Assembly: GCF_009914755.1 (NCBI RefSeq)
Contig: NC_060932.1
Length of the DNA: 64,000 bases
Direction: 5' to 3' (one strand)
DNA from: the human T2T-CHM13v2.0 reference genome, Homo sapiens
Both the position numbers and the translations under genes were made by a program. The notes under the pieces are model-generated. The model made no database searches, was not told the DNA's origin, and was given only the letters and a program-made list of their open reading frames with translations. The first letter of the stretch is position 1. Each line of letters opens with the position of its first letter. Shown here in pieces: positions 53,353 through 64,000 of the stretch.

Positions 53353-55049
53353 CACCAAAGGTCATCACTTCCTTAGATCAAAGTGGTGGCTGTAAAAATA
53401 AAAAAAAAATTTCCTCTCACACTGTCCATCTCCCCCACAGACTCTGCCCTCTTGAGAGCACAGTGAGGTCTTATTCACCTTTCTATCCTCCCTGTGTAGC
53501 ACAGTGGCTGGCATGTAAAATGCATGCAAAAAATATTTGTTGAATTAATCAATGAACGAATTCACACATGACTCCACATGCCAGCCCACCCCTTACGCTC
53601 TGGTTGCCTGAACCAGAAGCGAAATGGTCTAAGCAGAGAGCGGAAGTCTGGGGAAAGATGGGTTTGAGATAGGAGGGACTTCACGGGGAGGAACACTTTT
53701 CCTCCCTTCATCTTCATGAACCACAATTTCCCCTCTTGAAAACCAGTCTCTCTCCCATCAAATGATCACCTCAGCCACCTTCAGTTGTGGTTCAGCATAT
53801 TTCTGCATGAAATAAATGTTATTTTCTGGTGCACCCAGATTTCATTAGTCTTCCTGTCAGGGAAAATCAAAGCAAGAGGGGAGAGGCGCCTGGCAGAAAG
53901 TGGCTTCTTGCTTACGCCAGGAGGAAAAGGATAATGTTGCCCATGGAAAGAGAGGGAGGAAGAGAGAGAGAGATGGAAAACTAACTTCCTCATTTAATCA
54001 AGTTGAAACACGGATTATATGGGTTGAAAAACAGTTACCTTGTTCTCGCACCGGTCTCTTGCTCTGTCCGGGGCTATAAAACCCTTTGCGATTTTATCTT
54101 TTCATAAACTTTTATTGAATCTGATGTTCAAGGGGCCATGGAGGATCATCCAATTAAATTCCCCCCTCTAATCCTACTCTTAAACTCCAGCACTAAACTG
54201 ATGGGAGATTAAAAGCTAATAAAGATGACAAATGAGAGGTGATCAGCAGGTTGATAAGGGATATAGAGTCGGATGGGGATTTGCCAGAGGGGAGTGAGGC
54301 CCGATTCTGCAAAACACAGGGGTGGACAGAGCTTTCCTCGTGGCAAATTCGAAGAATTCTGAACAGATGCAATATGGATGCCCATGACAAGGTCCTGCTC
54401 AGTGATGCTGCAATCTTGGGGTTAAGACAGGCTGCCCAGGGCAGGGTTATATAGCAGGAAGATGGCTGGAAGTGGCACAGAATTACTACGGTTGAAATAA
54501 CAATACTGCTCATGCTAGCCACAAACCATGCGTGATGCTAACACACTATTCATTGTACAAATATTGTCATAAGGATGGCCATAGAACTGTCCTATGTAGA
54601 GTGCGAACCACATGCCAGGCGCTATCATATGAACTTTGCATTCGTTCTACTGAGGATAGAAGTCATGTGTGAGTGGAATCCTTGCCCATTACATACATTA
54701 GCAAACTAAGGTTCAGAGCAGGCAAACCATTTTGCCAAAGCCCATCAGTAACTGGCAAAGCCAAGATTAGAATCCTGTCTTTCCGAAAAAATAATCCCCA
54801 CCACATGGGGTTGTATTAAGGATGTCATGTGAAAAGACAATGGTGCAGGCTTTGTAGTAGCCACTGAAAGTTTAGTTTGGTTTCCTAGACCCATATCTTG
54901 TGATTTGAACATCTGGAAAAGAATCCATATATTCCTCACCATCACCACTCCCAAAATGCGAGTTTTAACGATGAGGAAAGTGAGAGCAATTTTTTCAAAC
55001 ATCATGCCATATAGTTTATATCAATTCATTTAATCATTTTACAGGCATC

Positions 55050-55275
55050 TATGAAAACATTTCTTTGCCAGAGTCTTTCATAAATATGTATCAAACTAAT
55101 CCTCACATCAGCCCTGAGAAATAGGAATTATTTCTTCATTTTAATTAATGAGTAAACAGAGGCTTAGAGAATCTAAATGATTCTCCTAGGATTGCAAAGC
55201 TAATAAGTGACAGGGATGAAATTCAGACCCAGGTGTGCCCTGATGCCAAAGTCCTAATTCTTTCCACTACACCTG
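55050..55275 (-). mobile_element. MIR
   Basis: taatcctcacatcagccctgagaaatagg...atgagtaaacagaggcttagaga...aaattcagacccagg. Confidence 0.7.
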
Positions 55276-55675
55276 CCTCATTGGTGGTCCAGTAATGGGG
55301 ATGAGACAGAGATACCATTAAATAACAAAACACGGCTGTGTGGCCTGCACCCTGCAAGATATACACACTACCATCATCATTTCTCCACAGGAAGGCATTT
55401 CAAAAAAGGATTCATACAGAGGGAAGCATTGTTTTTTTGGCTTTCTGGAGGTGGTGAGTTACAGATGTCATAGGAAAGGGGGAAAAAACAACACGAGTAG
55501 ATGCTCAGAGAAGGAAGGAGGGGGCCTGTTGCGGGGTTTGGAGTACCCCAGTGTAGCTGCATTGTGTGGGTTTCAAGAAGGGAAGATTGGACACATAAAG
55601 AGGTTGGGTGAAACCAGGAAGACCTTGACTGTTACGGTAAGAAGATTCAAGAAAGCGAGTTAAAAGCTCCATGTT

Positions 55676-55974
55676 GGCCAGGCACGGTGGCTCACACCTG
55701 TAATCCCAGCACTTTGGGAGGCCAAGGCAGGTGGATCACCTAAGGTCAGGAGTTTGAGACCAGCCTGGCCAACATGGTGAAACCCCTTCTCTACTAAAAA
55801 TACAAAAATTAGCCAGGCATGGTGGTGCATGCCTATAATCCCAGCTACTCAGGAGGCTGATACAGTAGAATCTCTTGAACTCAGGAGGCAGAGGTTGCAG
55901 TGAGCCAAGATTACACCACTGCACTCCAGCCTGGGCGACAGAGTGAGACTCCATCTCCAGAAAAAAAAAATTAA
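55676..55974 (+). mobile_element. AluSx
   Basis: Canonical dimer; perfect TSD AAAAGCTCCATGT (55662-74, 55975-87). Confidence 0.95.
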
Positions 55975-56849
55975 AAAAGCTCCATGTCACACCACTGTTC
56001 CCTGCTTCTAGGGACATCATGTCTCCCAAGAAACTGTGGCTCAGGTGCCCTAGGAAATGAGCAAAAGCGACAAGGCTCCTCACAGTGGGACAGAAATGGC
56101 AAGTTTCTCCCGAGTGGAGTGAACCGAGGTGTGGTTGGAAATCAAGCGGTCAGGACCTCCACCCTCAGCCCCGCCCCTCCTAGCCCACTCACTGTGTCTG
56201 TGGCCTTGCACAGCTCGCCACTTGGGACGTGTCCTTCTGTTCCTGTGGAGGATGAGAAGGCTGAAGAGATGATTTCTTCTTATGGGCAATCCTATCAGTG
56301 CTCAGAGAAGAATTCACTTTGGCTTAAACCACCAGACCCCTGCAGTCTTCCAGATTCTCAGGCCCACAGGCACTCACATCTAAGGAAAAAAGGGAATCTA
56401 ACTTTTTCTGAGCCCTGACTAGATACCAAGCCCCGTCACCCACATGATCTCATTTTAACATCACAGACGCACCATGCAGCTTTGATTAACCTCATTTTTA
56501 CAGACAAAAAAAAAAATCTCTGAAGCTCAAGGACACGCAGCTAGTTCAAAGTCTCATTTGTCTGACTCCAAAACATGAATTGTTTTCACTACATCAATGA
56601 TTCTCAGTCCTGGCTGGTTATTAGAATAACGTGGGAAAGTCCCACCCCAGGCAAATTGCTGGTAGTGCAGTGCAGGAACTGGTAAGCTACAGAAGCCCCT
56701 TGGGTGATTCTATTTGCAGCCAAGGTTGGGAAACTCTGTGCTAATGTTTGCTTCTCTCTAAGACAATAGCCCTTGAGTCTCATCAACCACAACCCCCATC
56801 CCTAGCCTCAGCCCCACCCACCAAGTAAACCCAGTCCAAGTCTCTGACT

Positions 56850-57270
56850 CTTTTTACAAGTTAATATTCATTTCATCACATTTAATTAACACAGGGAGAC
56901 TGGAGCTGTCTCAGCTTCGCACCCAGCTAACAGGAGTCCACGCCTCCCTTGGAGTTCAATCACGGCACTGTCTTACGCAATTAGCTTCCTTCGCCCTGAT
57001 CTGAAGGGTCTGTGCCCATAAATATCAACCAATTTTATTGATATTTGTAATTAAAACCACCCAACGGGTCACACTCGGTTCAGCAAGTTTGCAACACACA
57101 CATCCATAATGGGAACATGAGCGCATTTGTATTTGACATTTGATAGATAATAATCCTGGCCATTTCTCATTTTCAGAACATCCTGTGGGTACCAGCTAAT
57201 TAAGCCGAGCATGTCTCCTGGGACTGACGTCGTTCTTCAGACAGACTCCTTTGATTGTCTTTGTTTCTGA
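56850..57270. promoter_or_regulatory. Apparently TE-free homeobox-motif-rich block (candidate enhancer)
   Basis: TTAATTAA 56882, CCATAAA 57016, TTTTATTG 57033, CTAATTAA 57196, TGACGTC ~57226. Confidence 0.38.
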
Positions 57271-58496
57271 AGTTTCAAGGAAACCAAGGACCAAAAAAGT
57301 GGGGTGACAGGCTAAAACCACAGAGAGAAAACTACATGGGTACTAGGTCTGATCTTGCCAACTTCTCAAGTTTCTTCTCCAAACTTCTCTCTGTATCCTT
57401 CTAAGGATAAAACCAATGGCATTAAGGATGAGCTCCAGGCCTCCCTTGGAAGCCCCAGTGCTATTTCTCTGGAGTTATTTCTGCTGCCTCAATTGGACCC
57501 TTCCATCCATAAAATTATATGGACAAAGCCTAACTCAACCCTGACTTCCAATCTAGAGCTGGAGTAAGATCTGCCACCACCAGCAGCACCACAATCTCAC
57601 CTCTATGTTGGCCCAGTTGTAGCTACACCCACAGGTTGTTTGAGATCTGGTTGGGTGGTTTTTACCTGAAAATTACCAACAAGTTCATCTGTGAACTCCC
57701 TGGAGACCCAGAGCAGGACTCTGCTGAAGGCTCTGTCATGGAGCATAGCTAGTTGCTGAGCACGGGCCCAGCATAGGCTCGGGTTATTAGATCTGCCCAC
57801 TTCTCATTTTCCCTTTGAAATCTCATCACTCCAATATACCCAGTGAGATTTAAGACCTTTTCCCAAATCCCCTAACAGCATTCTTATAAGAAACATTCAG
57901 TCTTCAAGGGAGTTAAAAGGAAGCCATTCTATCCTCAAGGGCAGCCTTTTGAGTGCCTTGGCAGGAGGATTATTACTCTTGTGACCTAGAATAATCCCTG
58001 CATTTCCAAACCCCACAAGGTAGAAGGGAATTCCAGCAGGGAGGAGGCCAGAAGAACAGGTGGAGAGAGATAGCATGGAGACAGATGAAGATATACTGCC
58101 CGGCAATGGTGGAGGAGGGCATTTTTACAGTATTATGACTTATGCCACACCTGTTTCCAGAAATGATTTGAGACCATTACAATAATAGGCACATATCCAA
58201 TAAAGCCATTAAAATAGAAATAAGGAGGACCTATAAATGTCTGCAAAGGGTGACATTGAAGAAGTCATGATTCCCATTATCCCAAGAGCTCAAGTAGAAA
58301 CAGTAGGTTGAGAGTGAGCATGAGGTGATTCATTGATCATTGGGACAACTAACTCAATTATTCAGGGACTAAGGATTCAATTTGTGATTAATCTTGGCCT
58401 CTGGCATCAGCCCTTTCTCTCTTCTGCTGCCTAACTATGAGGAATTTTACTATCCAGCATGCATCCATCCAAACGTAGCCATGAAAAGGGATGAAA

Positions 58497-58725
58497 TCAG
58501 AGACTCTTACAGTTGGAAAGGATTTGATACATCACTTAGGAAGGCTTCCTACTAAGTCCAGGAGTTCCTTTTAAAGCTGCTGTTTCAGAAAGTTGTGCAG
58601 CATCAACTTGAATACCTCTAAAGACAGGACACTCACCACCAGATGAGGTATTTCTCATGAGGGTCCATTCTACTGCTAAACAATCCGATCATTAGAACCC
58701 TCCTTCTTATATAAAGATAAAATCA
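58497..58725 (-). mobile_element. L3/CR1 3' fragment
   Basis: cagttggaaagga...cttgaatacctct...actcaccacc...ccattc...cattagaa...ccttcttatat. Confidence 0.5.
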
Positions 58726-58805
58726 AATCCCTTAAAAAATCAAGCCATTATCCCAAACTTGATGAATCTTCAAAATTACCTGGGATGCTTTTGAAAAGAG
58801 ATTCT

Positions 58806-59645
58806 TGTGGAAGTACAAATTAGTATGCCACTTAAGAAAACAGTGTGGCATTATCTGCTAAAGCTGAACATATGCACTCCTATGACCCTACAATTTACTC
58901 CAAGGCATACACTCAACATAAATACTTGCACGTGTGCACCAAGAGGCCAGTACAAAAACATTCTCAGCAGTGTCAGTCACAATAGTCAAAAACTGGAAGG
59001 AATCACAATGTCTGTCAACAGTAAAATGGGTAAATTTTGATATATTCATAAAATTGCACATCCTAGAGCAGAGCTGTCCAAAAGAACTTCATATGATAAT
59101 GGAAATTTTCCGTTCTGCACTGTCCAAGATGGCACCCATTCATCACATGAGGCCACTGAGCACTTGAAATACGGCTCGTGCAAGAGAGAAACTGAATTGT
59201 TTATTTTAATTAATTTTAATTTAAATAGCCACATGTGGCTAGTGACTACTGTATTGGCTAGCACTGTGTAAGGGTGGAACAGTGAAAAAGAACAGACTAT
59301 ACAGAGTAACATGAATGAAACTCATTCAGTGAAAGAAGCCAGACCCTCCCAAAATGCCTACTTTTTATGACTACATTTATATAAAGTTCAAAAATAGATC
59401 AAATGAAATTAAATGTTTAGGGATGAAAAATTAAACGCCAGCGTTTGGGAATGCCTGCTTCAGAGGTAAACTTTGGATGGGAAGGAACACAGAGGGTCTG
59501 AGGGGAGCTCCTGGACCCTGGCAGTGTCCTATTTTGTGGATGTGTAGAGATGACACAGGTGTTCACTTAGTGATAAATCATCAAGCCATTCTTTGTTCTG
59601 AGCACTTACCTATATGTGCTTTATATTTCACAACTTAAAAAGGGC
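58806..59645 (+). mobile_element. L1ME-like fragment containing MER3, flanked by MER5 pieces
   Basis: aaaacagtgtggcattatctgctaaagctgaacatatgc...atttatataaagttcaaaaatag; MER5-like halves at ~58765-58805 and ~59720-59830. Confidence 0.65.
59069..59266. mobile_element. MER3 (hAT-Charlie)
   Basis: cagagctgtccaaaagaacttc...tgagcacttgaaat...aaatagccacatgtggctagtgactactgtattgg. Confidence 0.85.
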
Positions 59646-62449
59646 TAAAATACAAATTGTCTTGGCAATGCTTTTGCAAATCTAAAATTATTCTAAAGTT
59701 ACATGCTTATTTTTTTTAAACATCCATTCCCAGTGCTCTGCTCCAGATGTGTTGAATCAGATTTTCTGGGGATAGGTTCTAGGAATCCATATTTTTCTAA
59801 AGCCCTGGGGTAATTTTGTTGCACAGCTTGGTGGAAAAGCGTGGTTTCTCCTCCGTGAGGAAGCTCTTCAAGGCTGAAGGTCCCCAGAATCTTTTCCTTT
59901 TCCTACAGTGCTCGTTTCCAATTCCTAAGCAGCCAGGTGTCCCCTCTGGGCTCACTCTCGAGGGTAATAGCTCACTTCACTCTTCCTGGCCTGGGTTCTG
60001 TGGCTTCCTGCTCTGGTTGGCCCCTTCCACACAAGCCAAGGCAAACCCAGATGTTCACCACTTGTGTTAATAGCGGGGGAAGGATGAAAAGGGAGAAGCC
60101 TAAGAGTGACTGAGGGGGAGGTGAAAACTCCTGCTTAAAAGGAGAGTTCAGAATCTCATTTGTTCTGTGTCCCAGGCCTGGTTAACCACAGATAATGGCA
60201 GGCATTAGGAGCGTAACCCTCGACCCATCCGTTGAGTGGGCAGATGTGTGCAGGGTCCTTATTTGCCCTGTGACCTGCTTGATCTTCCCACCCTGGAATC
60301 CAGTTCTCCTCTCCATGCAGTAAGCTGCCTCCTTCAGGCCCTTCCTTAAGGTGTGCATTTTCCAGATAAGCCCTGTTGCTCCAGAAAAGCCACAAATACT
60401 GGAAATTTCTCCACCTCTCTGTTGCGCTTGGAAACTGCAGGTCTCAGGTATCAAGAAGGCAAGGTTGACCAGGAGGAGCGAGATGCAGGATTTCGCTAGA
60501 GAGGGAGCTGATGGGCATATACCCTGAGCCAGGCAGGTGAAAGGTCACATTCTAGGAAAATCAGCAGAAGCAAAGAGAAGCAGACAGTAAATAATCACTG
60601 ATCTTGTGTGACCCCATCAACTTGGAAGCAGGCAGGCCGGGCCACTGTTCTGCACAGCTCCAGCCCCCTGCCATCAGTCACAAGACATGCTTGAGTTGCG
60701 CAGTGCCCAGCCTGTACAGCATATGTGGCTGCTCTGTAGGCTGGGTAGCTTTTTTAATTGTCATTATTAGTGGAAGAAACTGAGGATCAGAGAAGCACTG
60801 GGACTCATGCGCATCTCCTGGCTTCAGCCCTGTGCTGTTACGACCACAGTGCCCACTGCCCCAGTGGCTTCTGTTGACAGACCTGTGCTCACAATCAAAA
60901 AGACGCCCCATAAAAACCCACTGGGCAGTGATCAGCAACTCGCCTTCTCTAGGTAGAGAGAGGACCCAGGTAATGCCAGAGAGGCAGGCCTTCAACAGTC
61001 ATGGTGGCCTCCGTGCCTGGCTTCTGAAAACCATAGCTAGAGGCCAGTCGGGTTTCCAGCATCAGGAAAAGAGCCTGGGGAATGCATGGGGAGGGAAAGC
61101 CAGACTCCACCTGCAAGGAACACACTCACTGAAAGCAGAGCAGGACATAATTAAGCCTAATTGTGTAAACCCTGCCATGCCTTCGAGTGAGAGGGATGCC
61201 AAGGTCTCGTGTTTCCTTCCGTTCTATGCAGCCTGTGCATCCCTACCCGAAGGTCACCCTCATTAACGTTGCCAAAAAAAGCCATCCCTCTCCACATGCA
61301 CTTGTTCCACTCATAATAGGACCTCTTGCCTGCTGCCTGGGCAGATTAGGCCAGTGAATGCGTGTATGTCAGTGTGTCGGTGCGTGGGTGTCCGTGTGTA
61401 TGTCCGTGGCAGCACGCGTGTCTTTCATAGCTGCATGTGTTTTATTTTCTTCGGGTATTTTATGTGCTTACATAGTCAAAATTAATGGGATCAGGTTGAG
61501 ATTCAGATGACATCACATGGGTGACTCACATCTTGATAGATAGATAGATTTTCCTCCTCTGCATTCCTTTCAAGGTAACCTGGACTTGTCACACAACCAC
61601 TGGGGGATGCCAGGAAGAGAGATTTTTTTCATGGACATTTGACATGGTCATTACAGTTAACAATCCTGGCTGTGGGGAAAAGGGCAGGGAGCAAAGTCCA
61701 TGGCTAGTCCTTACCAGGGGCAGAGAGATGGGCTGATTAGTGGAGTCATCAACCCAGCACAGGCAAATATTGAGTACCCTGTCCGTCCTTCGCAGGACCA
61801 CCAAGGGGCCACCTCATTGCAATCTGCATTGCTCTCGCTCCTGGAAATGACCTTTCTTCAGCCACCCTTTTTATGGCTCACCCTTTCCTCCTGGAAAGTA
61901 AACAGGTACTGAAGGGGAAATAAATAGTTATAGCAGCTGGAAAACATTGCAACAACAGATCAAGGTGGCAATTACGCAATCATTTCCGCTACTAGAATTT
62001 CTTTGAGGGAAATTTTCATTGGGAAAATGCAAAGCAGAGGGGCTGACTCATACTCTTTTCGACTCAACTCGCCCAGAATGCAGGAACCCACAGGTCACAC
62101 TGACAAGGCAGGATGACCTCTAATTTTCAAAGACTAAAGATACCAACGAAGTCTTTCTCTCCTCGCTCTTTCTACGTGGTGTTTCTCCATCTTTGCAGCA
62201 GCTCTTTTTTCCTGGGGTTTGGGGAGCTTTTCCTTCCTAAAACATTAACTTGCAGACCCAGAGCCAAGTTAAATCAAGCGATCTAGGTTTTTAAAAACAA
62301 GCTGCTTGTTTGTTTGTTTGTTTTCATGCTAGACTAGCTCTAGGAGCAAAACTCTGTCTGTGTATACACAAGGCAGATCAGTCAGCCTTTGTCATGCAGT
62401 TTAGGGCAGTCATGGTCACCCTCATCACCTGGTAGAGAGGATACAGACA

Positions 62450-62610
62450 CTCAGACTCCAGAACTCGAAGGGCTCTTCTGACCACCCTGTGCAATCTTCT
62501 CTCCTTCCAGGTGAGGACACAGAGAGGTAAAATAGTCACACCGCAGTGAGTGACATCTGAAGGATGAGAGTCCTGAGCTTCTGAAACCTCCAGCACTGAG
62601 CTCTTCCACA
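62450..62610 (-). mobile_element. MIR
   Basis: caggtgaggacacagagaggt...gtcacaccgcagtgagtgaca. Confidence 0.5.
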
Positions 62611-62726
62611 CGCACTGTTCAGGATGCCTTCAACTCTCCTCAACCTGCTTAGCAGCAATAAAAATAATCTGCAGTGACAGTTTCAAGAGCTCCCTCTGGC
62701 AAATCCAGAAAAATGGCAAACTCTGC

Positions 62727-62774
62727 TTTTGTTGTTGTCGTTGTTGTTTTGTTTTGTTTTGTTTTGTTTTGTTT
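62727..62774. repeat. (GTT)n/(GTTTT)n microsatellite
   Basis: Direct reading. Confidence 0.9.
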
Positions 62775-63447
62775 AGCAGAGCAGGAAAGTCCTGTGAAGA
62801 TGAACTCAGAGGGAATGTGTAAGTTCGTCGAGGGGTAAGGGACATCTCTGTATCCTATCCAAGAATCCTGACCGAGTCAGGAAGTCTTCGCATTTCCGTC
62901 CACAAAGACCTGGCTCCATCCATCCACCCTTCCCTGCTGAGAAGTCCTGTGACTCTCTGAAGTAAGACCTCAGCCTCTGCTCATGCCCTGTAGAATCATC
63001 AACAAGGCAGATGTCCCCAAGCCCTCCCACTTTTTCTTTCTACCCTTTTGTTGTCACCCTGATCCTACCTGTATGTCACGTAAGTCCCTGTCCCCAAACT
63101 GAAACCACCTTCTACTCGATCTTCCCTGGAATCCACTCCATGCTCTTGACCTGAGCTCAGCCCCTATGTCAATATCCCAGCCTTTTATTAAGACCCGTTG
63201 CAAGCTCCACATCCTCCCTGGAGCTTGCCTTAGTTTCCCAATTGAAGCCAATATATCCTTCATTGTGTGTTTCTAGCCCTTTGTGTTTCCATTATCATGT
63301 GATAAGTGGCTCCCCAACACAGAATTGAGTTGTTTATGATGACATTCTTTACTGGAAGCTCCTTACCTGGCCTGGCCCTTTTCAGAGGAACCAGAATCTT
63401 AACTTTGATTGTCAGTAGCCTCCAACCCGGTAAGATTCACATAGAAC

Positions 63448-63587
63448 TATATATATGTGTGTGTGTATGTGTGTGTGTGTGTGTGTGTGTATATATACAT
63501 ACACACACACACACATATACATGTACACATAATACATATATATATATATACACACACACATACACATGTATGTATGTATGTATATGC
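63448..63587. repeat. Compound (TA)(TG)(TA)(CA) microsatellite
   Basis: Direct reading; the TG and CA blocks are mutually complementary. Confidence 0.92.
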
Positions 63588-64000
63588 AGGTCTTTTCCTT
63601 AGGATTTTATCAAAATGACAAATAGATTGGTCAAAAGAGAATTCATACAAAGTCGGAGGGACAACCAGGTTCATTTATAGCATATAATGGTCTAGAGAGA
63701 ATTATATGGCCATAGAGAAATTCTGATATCTGTCTCAGCTTCTCCACCCTGTGCGGCTAGAATAACCTTGAGCAATGGCACCAGTGGGAAGATCCCTGCC
63801 CTCTCAAGATTCTCTTCTGCTTGTGCAAAGCTGTCCTCAGAGTCAGGTGGGCCCCTTTTTCCTCAGGGCCCTTGAGGCTGTGACCCAACAGCTTGGTACT
63901 GACCTCAGTACTTTCCCTTAGTCCTCAATCTTCATCCGATTTTCTCCCCAGGCTTAGCTTTTCCCAGTGTTCCCTGCAAATTTGCCAGCTGCCTGCTTTA

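Overview
Primate (human-like) genomic DNA, roughly half transposon-derived, with no recognisable conserved protein-coding gene, no RNA gene, no CRISPR array and no microbial content. It opens with a full-length but dead L1PA7-type LINE-1 (471-6926, 16-bp TSD) inserted into an older L1M. The rest is Alus, MaLR/ERVL solo LTRs (THE1, MST, MLT1, MER21, LTR16, LTR47), DNA-transposon fossils (MER2, MER3, MER5, MER33, MER53, MER58, MER81, MER82, MER94, Tigger3, MADE1), MIR/L2/L3 fragments and microsatellites. Repeat family names come from recalled consensus sequences, not a database run, and old-repeat boundaries are approximate. The main non-repeat signal is a + strand four-exon GT-AG chain (29912-30247, 36216-36283, 36370-36482, 38457-~38670). 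It splices into an uninterrupted 174-aa ORF followed by AATAAA, lies downstream of two sense solo LTRs and uses a MIR-derived donor, so it is a candidate lncRNA or young de novo gene (inferred, unverified). Other points of interest: an 85-bp non-TE direct duplication, a ~44-bp L1 target-site duplication, a twin-priming-like inverted old L1, an Alu monomer with a non-Alu tail, and several apparently TE-free blocks rich in TCF/LEF, homeobox or CpG motifs that look like enhancers.
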